Shown here: positions 35,899-45,580 of the stretch, piece by piece
Layout: each line of letters opens with the position of its first letter
Position numbering within the stretch: the stretch's first letter is position 1
NCBI GenBank assembly: GCA_964451715.1
Contig: CAYVIZ010000001.1
Span: forward strand, 3,830 to 67,829
DNA length: 64,000 nucleotides
DNA from: an uncultured Desulfurococcales archaeon
Lineage (GTDB): Archaea; Thermoproteota; Thermoprotei_A; Sulfolobales; Acidilobaceae
Direction of reading: 5' to 3'
Program-made: the position numbers and the translations under genes
The notes under the pieces: model-generated
The model's input: the letters and a program-made list of their open reading frames with translations, nothing else
Database searches by the model: none
What the model was told of the DNA's origin: nothing

Positions 35899-36052
35899 AA
35901 TACCCTTCGCAAGGAAGGTGCGGGTAGTTATATTTAAATTTTATCATTATAAGGTCAATCTACCATAGAACCTATTCACATATATTTATATATGAAAAAC
36001 CCGGTTATTAAACCCTAATACCATCCAAAACAATAAAACCCGGTGCAGTATA

Positions 36053-36364
36053 ATGGAGCCCCCCACACTACAGCAGCTCCTAACAACCGCTTCAATAATC
36101 CTACTAGTCCTAATCATAGCATACACCATCCTGAACTATAGGACAACTAGCAAAATACTGAAGCAATACGGGGTCTATATAAGGAAAACAATGCAGTTAG
36201 AGGAAGTGAAGAACTTCATATCAACCCATAGGAAGGTCAAAGTTGAAGTAGAAGACCGGGAGTCCACGATCAAGGTTTACTGGATAGACACTATAGAAAA
36301 ATCCCATATAGCAGTAGAACTAGACAGGAAGAGTAGTAATGTTGTATATGTTGGAAAAGACTAG
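36053..36364 (+). CDS. small single-pass membrane protein, hypothetical
   Basis: 103 aa with one N-terminal TM helix. Confidence 0.4.
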   Translation: MEPPTLQQLLTTASIILLVLIIAYTILNYRTTSKILKQYGVYIRKTMQLEEVKNFISTHRKVKVEVEDRESTIKVYWIDTIEKSHIAVELDRKSSNVVYVGKD

Positions 36365-36427
36365 AGTCAAGCCATTGCCCTTATGTTATTTAATCTATAT
36401 GTTAGAAGTTAATATGTCTTACATTTA

Positions 36428-36435
36428 TTTTTTTT
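36428..36435 (+). terminator. oligo-T tract (T8), a possible archaeal terminator
   Basis: A run of 8 T about 64 nt downstream of the stop at 36364. Archaeal RNA polymerase terminates at oligo-T. Confidence 0.3.
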
Positions 36436-36533
36436 AAACTACAAACATGATTCTGGTTTACTAGATTATATGTTCCTAGTTTCAAATGGTAATTATAATG
36501 TATTAAAAACAAGAAGCCTCAAGGTGGCTTCAG

Positions 36534-37109
36534 TTGAAGATCGTTGACGCCGTTATAGTACTAGCTTTCTTCCTATTAGTTGCATCAACCTATTCGCCTC
36601 CAGTAACAGATAAAGGATACCTTAAACCTCCAATAATCCTAGATCCTGTATCTATTAATATGATTGTAGAGAAAAAACAAGCATACCCCTACGAACCTGT
36701 ACAGCATTATGCGAGTTATAATTATGCAATGTGCTACGAAGCACCTGTTCACCTTGTGTTTGAGGTGGATGTTGATCCTAGGGTAAACGGGAAACCCAAC
36801 ATAAATTATAGATACAACATACCAGTAGGATACGACTTTACTTCGAACCCTACATCGAGTATTGATATATTGGATAATATAGGTTATACACAGGCATATA
36901 GGTTTAAGTATGATTGGTGGGTATGGTGTAGTGATGGAACTCGCGAGATAGGTTATGTTGCCAGCGGGGGATTGAATGCTAGGGGGTATGCATTATATAG
37001 TGGAGCGGGGGATCCCACAGGACCGGACTTTATTGAGCCTACCGACTACGATTACTTTGTCGTGACGGGTACTGGAGGATTAGGTATCGGTTTACCAGTA
37101 AGTGGGTAA
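36534..37109 (+). CDS. secreted/membrane-anchored hypothetical protein (low-GC gene)
   Basis: TTG start, an N-terminal hydrophobic helix (AVIVLAFFLLVAST), then a Y/W/N-rich domain. GC is roughly 35-40% by eye. Confidence 0.4.
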   Translation: MKIVDAVIVLAFFLLVASTYSPPVTDKGYLKPPIILDPVSINMIVEKKQAYPYEPVQHYASYNYAMCYEAPVHLVFEVDVDPRVNGKPNINYRYNIPVGYDFTSNPTSSIDILDNIGYTQAYRFKYDWWVWCSDGTREIGYVASGGLNARGYALYSGAGDPTGPDFIEPTDYDYFVVTGTGGLGIGLPVSG

Positions 37110-37169
37110 CCATTTTATTTTTCAAACATTGATTGGATAAAAATATAAAGTAAAAATATGGTGATGTGA

Positions 37170-38369
37170 TTGGATATACGTATGATCTTTTATATTTTTT
37201 ATAAGAATGCTTCCGGTATGAAAAGACATATTATCAAAGTAATAATATTGTCAAGCATTATATTGGGTTACTCTCTCGTTAACCAGTACCCAGTGGCACA
37301 GGAATACTATACTTTAGTTGAACCCTACAATCATGGGTCATCCGATTTAGTAATTGATTTAATCACAGTAGAATCAGGTTTAAAGCAGGCAGCGTTCGCA
37401 GCATCTAATGATACATCGGTATTTAACGTCTCCTTAGACTATCACGAGATGACAAATGCCATAATAGAGGTTCTACATTCCTATTCCAATGGTTTGAAGT
37501 ATACTGTTGTAGGTGTAGATTCGGTTAATAGGAGAATTTATATAAACTCAACAGATGACCAGAGGTTCCTCCCGATTTTTATAATAGAGGGCCGCAAGAT
37601 AAGTAGCTGTAATGAAGCCCTGTATTACTATTCTAACACAAAAGGCTATAATGTAGGCGATGTGATCACCGTAGGCAATAGTTCCAGGAGAATCGTCGGC
37701 TTGTTTGCCTCAGCCCCTGTATTGGGTAGTGCTCTTCTGACTGACGATTATGTGATCACATGCGGTGACCCCTATACTGGAGATCCTATGATCTTCGTGG
37801 ACATGAATGGAAAAACACAGGTGAACCCAGTCAGGACAGAGATTTATCGGGAGATGTTGAGAGAGTTCTTCGGTATAAGCGAGCTCCCTAGCTCCGGGAA
37901 CCTCACTAGAGGCATGGGCGGCATATACGACATCAGCACCTTAAGAAAGGAGGCGTGGAGAATGTTTAACGAGGAGTATGGAATGAGGACTGAGTGGGGC
38001 GTTATTCTAATAGCCACTCTATTAATTTATTCCGCGTATCTAGCGCGTGTAGCCCTTATAGACGTTGGAGACTCCCTCCGCGGGCTTATAGCACTGCTTT
38101 ACTCTCAGGGAGCACTAGATAGTCATGTGGCTTTACTCTTGTCTCTTCAGACATTAACCTACGTAGTTCCCTCTTTGTTTATAGGCATCGTCATCGGATA
38201 CGAGTTCATGAGAGCTGTTTTAGATGCGTTTATACCGTTCATCCTCGCATTCAAATGGATATCCAGCCTCTTTATAGCAGGAGTACTTTTCTCCCTTGTG
38301 CTTGCAATCGCAGTTGGCATGTACAATGTTAGGCGGATAGGGCTTTCATCCACTTTGAGGGGTGAGTGA
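37170..38369 (+). CDS. ABC transporter permease, FtsX/MacB-like
   Basis: One N-terminal TM helix, an extracytoplasmic domain of about 230 aa, and a C-terminal 3-TM FtsX-like module. It overlaps the ATPase gene by 8 nt. Confidence 0.6.
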   Translation: MDIRMIFYIFYKNASGMKRHIIKVIILSSIILGYSLVNQYPVAQEYYTLVEPYNHGSSDLVIDLITVESGLKQAAFAASNDTSVFNVSLDYHEMTNAIIEVLHSYSNGLKYTVVGVDSVNRRIYINSTDDQRFLPIFIIEGRKISSCNEALYYYSNTKGYNVGDVITVGNSSRRIVGLFASAPVLGSALLTDDYVITCGDPYTGDPMIFVDMNGKTQVNPVRTEIYREMLREFFGISELPSSGNLTRGMGGIYDISTLRKEAWRMFNEEYGMRTEWGVILIATLLIYSAYLARVALIDVGDSLRGLIALLYSQGALDSHVALLLSLQTLTYVVPSLFIGIVIGYEFMRAVLDAFIPFILAFKWISSLFIAGVLFSLVLAIAVGMYNVRRIGLSSTLRGE

Positions 38370-39075
38370 CAATTTGAGTGCCGAGGTTATAGTTGACAAG
38401 GTGGCGAAGAATTATAAGACGGGCCATGGAGTTATATGGGCTGTCAAAGAGGCAAGCTTTACTGTGTCCAAGGAAGACTTTGTTGTCCTCCTAGGCCCTA
38501 GCGGATCTGGTAAATCCACTGTTCTCTCTATTATAGCTGGATTAGACAGGCCTTCACAGGGAAGAGTTGTGGTCGCCGGAGTGGATATCTCCCAAGCCTC
38601 CTGGGGAGAGTTGAACCTCATGAGGAGGAGGCTAATAGGTTATGCTCCCCAGGCCGATATAGCCATAATGAAGACCAACGTAGAATTTAACATAGCCTTA
38701 CCACTGTTCCTCCGTGGATATAAGAAGGATGCCGCGTTAGGCGAGGCTAGGAGAGTTGCAGAAAAACTAGGACTCGGGCACACGGTTAAAAGGTTTCCCT
38801 CCACTCTCAGTGGAGGCGAGTTTAGGAGACTCGCGGTGGCTAGAGCCCTAGTGGTGAGGCCTACTCTTCTCCTGTTGGACGAACCTACTTCTAGCCTTGA
38901 CGAAGATACTGCAGTGCGTGTATGGAGTGTTATAGATGAATACCATAAAGAGAACAGATCCACAGTTATTGTTGCAACGCATGACAAGCATGTTCTTAAG
39001 TTTGCAACGAAGATAATCGAAGCCAGGAACGGAGTTATAAAAGAGTCGAAGATGACGGAGAAGCGTCACGTCTAA
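38362..39075 (+). CDS. ABC transporter ATP-binding protein (MacB/LolD-like)
   Basis: Walker A GPSGSGKST, signature LSGGEFRRLAVARAL and Walker B LLLDEPTSSLD. Confidence 0.85.
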   Translation: MSDNLSAEVIVDKVAKNYKTGHGVIWAVKEASFTVSKEDFVVLLGPSGSGKSTVLSIIAGLDRPSQGRVVVAGVDISQASWGELNLMRRRLIGYAPQADIAIMKTNVEFNIALPLFLRGYKKDAALGEARRVAEKLGLGHTVKRFPSTLSGGEFRRLAVARALVVRPTLLLLDEPTSSLDEDTAVRVWSVIDEYHKENRSTVIVATHDKHVLKFATKIIEARNGVIKESKMTEKRHV

Positions 39076-39110
39076 ATCATCTTTTCAGAACCTGTAGAAA
39101 ATGCTGAAAA

Positions 39111-39231
39111 TGGTGGGCCCGCGGGGACTTGAACCCCGGACCTCCGCCTCTCTCAGAGCCAGGGCGTTATCCTGTTGTAGCCCTGGATCCCGTGTAAGGG
39201 CGGCGTCCTAACCAGGCTAGACGACGGGCCC
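39111..39231 (-). tRNA. tRNA-Val (UAC) with an intron of about 43 nt after position 37
   Basis: Reverse complement reads GGGCCCGTCGTCTAGCCTGGTTAGGACGCCGCC-CTTACA-[CGGGATCCAGGGCTACAACAGGATAACGCCCTGGCTCTGAGAG]-A-GGCGGAGGTCCGGGGTTCAAGTCCCCGCGGGCCCACCA. The intron contains a 7-bp hairpin (CCAGGGC/GCCCTGG). Boundaries are accurate to about 2 nt. Confidence 0.8.
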
Positions 39232-39246
39232 CCTCATCCTGAGTGC

Positions 39247-39334
39247 TGGTGCGGGGGGTGGGCTTTGAACCCACGCAGGCCTACGCCATCGGGTCCTCAG
39301 CCCGACCCCTTTGACCAGGCTCGGGCACCCCCGC
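39247..39334 (-). tRNA. tRNA-Leu (GAG)
   Basis: Reverse complement reads GCGGGGGTGCCCGAGCCTGGTCAAAGGGGTCGGGCTGAGGACCCGATGGCGTAGGCCTGCGTGGGTTCAAAGCCCACCCCCCGCACCA. It has a long variable arm and an encoded CCA. Confidence 0.9.
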
Positions 39335-39384
39335 ACCCTAGGGATTCCCTTTAATGGATATGGGTTTTTATTGATTGCCTAGGC

Positions 39385-40914
39385 CTAGAGCTTCCTATAC
39401 AACGGGTTCCCCTTCTCTTTCTCTCTAAGCACCCTATAAGTGGGTGTGATGTTTTTTGGCATGTTGGCTTCTGCCAGCTTTATTCTCCTCACACTAGTGT
39501 TGATGGGTGCTTCTTTTAACCGTCTGGGATCCGCTTCTGCCAGCTTCGCAGCCTTCTCCAGTATCTCAATATACTTGTCTATGTTCTCCTTTGTCTCGGT
39601 TTCCGTGAACTCTATCATAAGCGCCTCCTCTACTATTAATGGGAAGTATATCGTGGGAGCATACACGCCGTTGTCCAACAGGTATTTGGCTATGTCAAGC
39701 GCTGTTATCCCGTGTTTCTCCTTCAAGGGCTTGGCGCTTAATACGATCTCATGCTTCCTCGGCGTAGCCGGGTTGTAGGGGATACTATAACCAGAGTGTT
39801 TCCCTATTTTTGCCTTGAAATAGTTTGTATTGAGTACACTTACTATTGCGGCCTTTCTGAGGCCCTCCCCGCCTAGAGCCTTTATGTAGGCGTATGCCTT
39901 TAGTGCTACAGGCACGTTACCCATGAACGAGTGCATATAACCTACACAGTCCCGGCAACTCCATTCAACACGGTACTCGCCATTCTTCTCTATAACCAGG
40001 GGCCTGGGGAGATACTTTGCCAGTTTTTCTTTTACACAGAGTGCAGCTCCTCCAGGCCCTCCTCCCCCGTGGGGGGCAGAGAATGTTTTGTGGAGGTTTA
40101 GGTGAACTATATCGAACCCCATGTCACCTGGGCGTGTTATACCCATTATACCGTTAAGGTTTGCACCGTCATAGTAGAGTAGCCCCCCGTTTTCGTGTAC
40201 GAGTTTTGATATGGTTAGTATATCCTTCTCGAAAAGTCCGAGAGTGTTGGGGTTTGTGAGCATTATGCCGGCGGTTCTAGGCCCTACTATGCTTCTAAGC
40301 TCTTCTATATCCACGGTTCCTTCTTTATTGGAGTGAACGGTTATGGCCTCGAATCCTGCCATGCGTGCACTGGCAGGATTGGTGCCATGCGCGGAGTCCG
40401 GCACTATTATCTCGCTCCTTTCATGTTCACCCCGTTCTTCTAGGTATTTACGTATTATGAGGGCTCCGGCGAATTCTCCTGATGCGCCGGCGGGTATGGA
40501 TAGCGTGCACGAGTCCATGCCAGTTATGTAAGCCAGCATGTTCTGAAGCTCATATAGCGTTTCCAGTATTCCCTGTATCTCACTGTCGTCTTGGAGGGGG
40601 TGAAGCCATGTAATCCTCTTATCCCAGCCTATGTCCTCGTTAAGTTTGGGGTTGTACTTCATCGTGCAGCTTCCTAGAGGCACGGGGCCTAGGTCTACGC
40701 CATAAGACATCTGGCTGAGCCTTGTGAAGTGCCTAGCTACCTCTACCTCGCTAACCTCAGGCAGGGCGAGGTTAGCCTGCCTCTTATAGGCTTCAGGCAG
40801 TTCTATAGTGTATTCTGAGAAGTCGTCATTCAGAATTATCCCCTTCTTCCCAGGCTTGCTATACTCGTAGATTAGCGGTTCACTCCATCTGGACTGTCTC
40901 CACTCACCCATCAA
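39385..40914 (-). CDS. gcvPB: glycine dehydrogenase (decarboxylating), subunit 2
   Basis: 509 aa with the PLP region NLHKTFSAPHGGGGPG. It overlaps the stop of subunit 1 by 4 nt. Confidence 0.85.
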   Translation of the reverse strand: MMGEWRQSRWSEPLIYEYSKPGKKGIILNDDFSEYTIELPEAYKRQANLALPEVSEVEVARHFTRLSQMSYGVDLGPVPLGSCTMKYNPKLNEDIGWDKRITWLHPLQDDSEIQGILETLYELQNMLAYITGMDSCTLSIPAGASGEFAGALIIRKYLEERGEHERSEIIVPDSAHGTNPASARMAGFEAITVHSNKEGTVDIEELRSIVGPRTAGIMLTNPNTLGLFEKDILTISKLVHENGGLLYYDGANLNGIMGITRPGDMGFDIVHLNLHKTFSAPHGGGGPGGAALCVKEKLAKYLPRPLVIEKNGEYRVEWSCRDCVGYMHSFMGNVPVALKAYAYIKALGGEGLRKAAIVSVLNTNYFKAKIGKHSGYSIPYNPATPRKHEIVLSAKPLKEKHGITALDIAKYLLDNGVYAPTIYFPLIVEEALMIEFTETETKENIDKYIEILEKAAKLAEADPRRLKEAPINTSVRRIKLAEANMPKNITPTYRVLREKEKGNPLYRKL

Positions 40915-42266
40915 CCGGCCATCTCCCCCAGTAATTCTACTAGACCGTCTATATCACTGCGTGAATGGATTTCTGATACACAGAAGAGCCCTGTATCCTT
41001 ACGGTCCGTCATTAAACGAGAGAGATCGAGTCCAGGTAATATACCTCTTGTTCTCAGATAATCCTCGGCTACACGATATTCAGTGTTGTGGAATATTATT
41101 GGCAGGTTTTCAAAATAGTATACCCCCTTCTCGGGAAGGTCTATGCCATCGATATCCTCTAATCTACCTGCGAGATACTGGGTCCTCTTCAGTATAGCTT
41201 CGCCGATGAATTTGAAACCCTCCTTTCCCAGTAGAGCCATGAAGACGGCCGCACCTATGGTCGCTAGTGCTTCATTTGTCGTGATATTACTTGTTGCCCT
41301 CTCCCTGCGTATATGTTGTTCTCTTGTCTGAAGTATCATGGTATATGCACGGTTTCCTTCAACGTCTTCTCCCAGACCGATTATCCTTCCAGGCATCTGC
41401 CTCACTATACGCGAATCCCATCTAGCGGCGAGAATCCCTAAGCCTATACCACCCATGTTCAACCCTAATCCTAAGCTGCGTCCCTCAGCCACGGCTATGT
41501 CTGCCCCGTATTCCCCCGGAGGCTTTATCACGCCTAGAGAGAGTGGTTCCGTTAAACCTATAACCAGGGCCCCGTAATCATGCGCGGTCTCAGCCAGTTC
41601 CCTTGTATTCCCCCGGAGCTTTCCTAGGAAGGTAGGGTTGTCTATTATCAATGCGGCGACGTCTCGGTTCATTATCTCAGATAAAGCATCTTCCTCCAGC
41701 CCATCGACATAGTCCACCTTGCCTCCAACTCCCCTTATATACGTTTCCATCACCCTACGATAGAACGGGTTGACGTCACGGTCTACTATAACCCTCTTCT
41801 TCCTTGTTATCCTGAAACTCATTAGTACAGCTTCCCCGAGCGCTGATCCTCCATCGTAATGAGATGCGTTTACTACATCCATTTCGAAGAGGTCTGCTAT
41901 CATGCTTTGATACTCGAAAAATGCTTGGAGAAGCCCCTGTGAAACCTCGGGCTGGTATGGAGTGTATGCAGTATAGAACTCTGATCTGGCCATAACGTGT
42001 TTTACAAGTGATGGTGTTATATGAGGACACGGTGGCCTGTGCATCCTGTGGGGTCGGTATACATTGTTTCTTGACAGCTTGTCATCCATGAGCATGAGAA
42101 GCCTGTAGTCATCCATCCCGGGGCCGAGTTCCGTGAGAGGCTCTTTCAACATTATATTGGCTGGTATGTCGGAGAACAACTCCATTACATCGTTTATGCC
42201 TATCTCCTCCATCATCTCCTCCATGACTCTACTATTCAGGTTGGGGATCCAAGGATGGCTAGTCAA
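40911..42266 (-). CDS. gcvPA: glycine dehydrogenase (decarboxylating), subunit 1
   Basis: 451 aa with YTPYQPEVSQG and other P-protein N-terminal-half motifs. Confidence 0.85.
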   Translation of the reverse strand: MTSHPWIPNLNSRVMEEMMEEIGINDVMELFSDIPANIMLKEPLTELGPGMDDYRLLMLMDDKLSRNNVYRPHRMHRPPCPHITPSLVKHVMARSEFYTAYTPYQPEVSQGLLQAFFEYQSMIADLFEMDVVNASHYDGGSALGEAVLMSFRITRKKRVIVDRDVNPFYRRVMETYIRGVGGKVDYVDGLEEDALSEIMNRDVAALIIDNPTFLGKLRGNTRELAETAHDYGALVIGLTEPLSLGVIKPPGEYGADIAVAEGRSLGLGLNMGGIGLGILAARWDSRIVRQMPGRIIGLGEDVEGNRAYTMILQTREQHIRRERATSNITTNEALATIGAAVFMALLGKEGFKFIGEAILKRTQYLAGRLEDIDGIDLPEKGVYYFENLPIIFHNTEYRVAEDYLRTRGILPGLDLSRLMTDRKDTGLFCVSEIHSRSDIDGLVELLGEMAG

Positions 42267-42436
42267 ATTCTTTAGTCACCTCGTGATTTAAAGCGTTATC
42301 ATGTAATAATGGAGTTGTACCGGGTTATATACAGTTAATTTACACGAGTATTTCCTCATTCGTATCTTTTGCTAACATTTATATTAGTATCATACATAAA
42401 TCTCTAGTCGGACAAATTTTCATAGGTGAATCCATC

Positions 42437-43693
42437 TTGGTAGACTTCGAGTTCACAGAGGACGAGATCAGGTTCAGGGATAGTGTAAGAGAGTTCGCCC
42501 AGCGATACATAGAACCTAAATGGATAGAAATCGATGAGAAGGGCCGTATTCCAGTAGATCTTATAAAGAAGATGGGAGACCAGGGGCTCTTCGCCATCCC
42601 AGTTCCCGAGGAATACGGTGGAATGGGCGGCAGCATGGTTATGACTGCCCTAGCCATAGAGGAAATAGCCTATCACGACCCTGCAGTGGCGGTAGCCGTC
42701 TATGCTCTCCTGAACAACGGATGGCCGCTGGCTCTCGCGTTGTTCGGCCAGGAAGAAGCTAAGATGGAGATACTCCCTAAAGTAGCCAGCGGAGACGCGT
42801 TCTTCGGCATAGCATCCACGGAGCCCCAGGGAGGAAGCGATGTAGCCGGAATTAAGACAGTGGCTAAGAAGAGGGAGGATGGTAAATGGGTTGTGAACGG
42901 TGAGAAGACATTCATCAGCGGTGTCAGAGAGCTTCAGGAGCTTCCGGAGGGAGGCGGCTTCTTCCTCGTCTCTAAAACCGAGAAGACCGGCTGGAGCCAT
43001 AAGCGCATCACGACATTCGCCCTACTCCCTAAGTGGAATGGAAAACTTAGAGAGGGATGGAAGCCTACTCTATACGATGACATAGGGAGACACGGGCTGT
43101 CGACAGGCGGCTTCACGCTTGAGAACTTCGAGATAGACGACAAGTACAGGATAGGAGACGTCAACAAGGGCTTCTACCTAGTACTCCAAGGATTCAACAT
43201 TGCCAGAATACTCGTTGCCGCAGCCACCATAGGAAGCGGTAGATGGGCTCTAGACAAGGCTAAGGAGTGGCTTAGAACGAGGAAGCTGTTCAAAGGTAGA
43301 CCCATAGCCAGCTTCGAAGGCGTAAGCTTCAGGTATGCAGAGCTCTACACCATGCTTGAGGCCGCGCGGTACTTCGTCTACAAGGCAGCTTGGATGGCTG
43401 ACAACACGTATCTAACCAAAAGCCCGAGGTTCAAGCCGCAGGATCTAAACCTGCCTGTAGCTATGGCTAAGATGCTCGGGCCCACGACAACCACGGAGAT
43501 TTACACCGAGGTCTTGAAGTGGTTTGGAGCATACGGTTATACCAAGGAGTGCGCTGCTCACAGAGGATGGCTAGGAACGTTCTCATACACAATAGGCGCT
43601 GAAGGTGCCCAGAACATTATGAAGTACATTATAGCTAGAGATACCCTGGGCAGCGACGCTGTTAGGAATGTATGGGCTGAGGAGGAAGACTAA
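42437..43693 (+). CDS. acyl-CoA dehydrogenase
   Basis: TTG start. The sequences FGIASTEPQGGSDVAG and EGAQNIMKYIIAR are typical of the ACAD family. Confidence 0.85.
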   Translation: MVDFEFTEDEIRFRDSVREFAQRYIEPKWIEIDEKGRIPVDLIKKMGDQGLFAIPVPEEYGGMGGSMVMTALAIEEIAYHDPAVAVAVYALLNNGWPLALALFGQEEAKMEILPKVASGDAFFGIASTEPQGGSDVAGIKTVAKKREDGKWVVNGEKTFISGVRELQELPEGGGFFLVSKTEKTGWSHKRITTFALLPKWNGKLREGWKPTLYDDIGRHGLSTGGFTLENFEIDDKYRIGDVNKGFYLVLQGFNIARILVAAATIGSGRWALDKAKEWLRTRKLFKGRPIASFEGVSFRYAELYTMLEAARYFVYKAAWMADNTYLTKSPRFKPQDLNLPVAMAKMLGPTTTTEIYTEVLKWFGAYGYTKECAAHRGWLGTFSYTIGAEGAQNIMKYIIARDTLGSDAVRNVWAEEED

Positions 43694-43787
43694 AACAGGG
43701 TCTTCCTCCCAGTTACCATTCTCCCCATTATGATTCCTCTTAAATTAATAATCACAAGATAAATGGAGAAAGGCGTGGAGGGAGTAT

Positions 43788-44567
43788 TTGGGCATGACAA
43801 GGGTTCTAGTCTCTATAAAACTAACATACGACGTTAACCAACTGAAGTTCGAGAAGGACGGTACACCCATACTTGACGCCTGTCCCCGGGTTATGGGAGA
43901 GGCTGATAAATGTGCTATTGAGGAAGCCGTGAAGCTTAAAGAGTCGGGTAAAGCTGAGGAAGTGGTAGCGTTAACCATTGGTTCTACAAAGGAGCACCAG
44001 AGAATACTAAGGGACGCCTACGCTATGGGTGTTGATAAAGCCTACATGGTTCGCTTGGACTCCGATGATATGGCCACGGCTACCACTATAGCGAAAATAA
44101 TAGCATCGTTCGCAGAGAAGACTGGCCCATACGATATCATACTACTAGGCTCTGGGGCAAGCGATACTCATTCCTCAGTTGTCGGCCCCATGGTCGCTTC
44201 TCTCCTAGGCTATAATCTGCTGGCTAACGCTGATAGAATAGAGGTAAAGGATTCACTGGTAAGTATAACGTCTACGCTAGAAGATGGACAGTATGTTGTA
44301 GAGTCGCCTCTACCCGTGGTGGTGACTGTGACGAGTGAAGCAAACCAGCCGCGTATACCTACTATTAGAGACATCCTTAGATCAAAGAAGAAACCCATAG
44401 AAGAGATAGAAGCCGCTGATCTAGAAGCTGATCTATCTAGGATAGAGCTCGTTGAGATAAAGAAATTCGAGGTTCCACGGAAGAGGATAAAGATAGATGC
44501 TACAAGCAATGTTGGAGAAGCAGTGGATAAGCTCATTAAAGAACTTGAGAATGAGGGGGTGATCTAA
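43788..44567 (+). CDS. etfB: electron transfer flavoprotein, beta subunit
   Basis: 259 aa with an EtfB/FixA-like layout (DKCAIEEAVKLKE, ILLGSGASD). Confidence 0.8.
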   Translation: MGMTRVLVSIKLTYDVNQLKFEKDGTPILDACPRVMGEADKCAIEEAVKLKESGKAEEVVALTIGSTKEHQRILRDAYAMGVDKAYMVRLDSDDMATATTIAKIIASFAEKTGPYDIILLGSGASDTHSSVVGPMVASLLGYNLLANADRIEVKDSLVSITSTLEDGQYVVESPLPVVVTVTSEANQPRIPTIRDILRSKKKPIEEIEAADLEADLSRIELVEIKKFEVPRKRIKIDATSNVGEAVDKLIKELENEGVI

Positions 44568-44570
44568 GGA

Positions 44571-45476
44571 ATGGCTAGTGTTATAGTTTATGCCGATGAG
44601 GCCTCTACCGGCAGACAGTTGGCAAGTGCGGCTAAGAGCTTAGGGGATCCTGTGCTTGTGACTCTAGGGGAAGACAACGCCGACGCCCTCTCACGTTACT
44701 ATAAACGGGTTTACCTTCTGGAAGACAGTATATTCGATCCCTTGAAGACGTATAAGCCTATAATGGATGTGATAGACAAGGAAAGCACCAGCATAGTGTT
44801 GTCTCCCTGCAGTAACAAGGGCCGGATGATAGCTGGCCTCATAGCGGGAGGCAAGAACTTCAACGTCGCCACAGATGTTATGAAGCTAGAATATGAGGAC
44901 GAGAAAATTCTTGTTACAAAACTTACATTCGGTGGGAATGCTTATGCTAAACTCTCAATGACAAAACCCTTAGTAGCCTGTATAGCAAGCGGCTCCTACA
45001 AGGAGTCGGAGCCTTTCCCCGAGCCTGGCGAGATAATTAGAATAAGCCCTGGCGATTCCAGCCTTTCTGTGAAATTCACTCCTAGAAGGCTTGAAGGAGC
45101 TGATCCTACTAAGGCAGAAGTAGTTGTGGGCGCTGGTAGAGGGTTGAAGAAGAAGGAAGACCTTGAAATGATAAAGGAGTTAGCATCGCTTCTAGGTGGA
45201 GCTTGGAGTGTAACAAGGCCTTTAGCCGCTGACTACGGATGGGCTGACTCTTGGATAGGTATTTCAGGCCTTATAATAAGCCCGAAGCTATACATAGCCA
45301 TTGGTATATCGGGCCAGCCTCACCACACTATGGGTGTTAGAGGCTCCAAGGTAATAGTAGCGATAAACAACGACGAGTCGGCCCCCATATTTGAGGAAGC
45401 CGACTATGGTGTTGTAGGAGACTTATACAATATCGTACCCGTACTTATAGAAAAATTAAAGCAGAGGAAAAAGTAA
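44571..45476 (+). CDS. etfA: electron transfer flavoprotein, alpha subunit
   Basis: 301 aa. The C-terminal FAD-binding region is GISGQPHHTMGVRGSKVIVAINNDESAPIFEEADYGVVGDL. Confidence 0.8.
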   Translation: MASVIVYADEASTGRQLASAAKSLGDPVLVTLGEDNADALSRYYKRVYLLEDSIFDPLKTYKPIMDVIDKESTSIVLSPCSNKGRMIAGLIAGGKNFNVATDVMKLEYEDEKILVTKLTFGGNAYAKLSMTKPLVACIASGSYKESEPFPEPGEIIRISPGDSSLSVKFTPRRLEGADPTKAEVVVGAGRGLKKKEDLEMIKELASLLGGAWSVTRPLAADYGWADSWIGISGLIISPKLYIAIGISGQPHHTMGVRGSKVIVAINNDESAPIFEEADYGVVGDLYNIVPVLIEKLKQRKK

Positions 45477-45484
45477 GCAAAGTC

Positions 45485-45502
45485 TTTTCCCATTTTATTT
45501 TT
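45485..45502 (+). terminator. T-rich tract (TTTT..TTTT.TTTTT), a possible terminator after etfA
   Basis: Three oligo-T runs lie within 30 nt of the etfA stop. A 104-nt gap separates etfA from fixC. Confidence 0.3.
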
Positions 45503-45580
45503 ACCCTATTCTACCTAACACTGGGTAATCAAGGCTTAATTAAAGCAAGGCTATTCTTACTTCTCCGAGGAGGATGTAGT

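Noticed and set aside
36000-39334. An integrated element at tRNA-Val/tRNA-Leu.
   Set aside because: I saw no integrase, no recognisable direct repeat of a tRNA 3' segment at the far border, and no viral or plasmid genes. Only the compositional anomaly is retained, as a finding.
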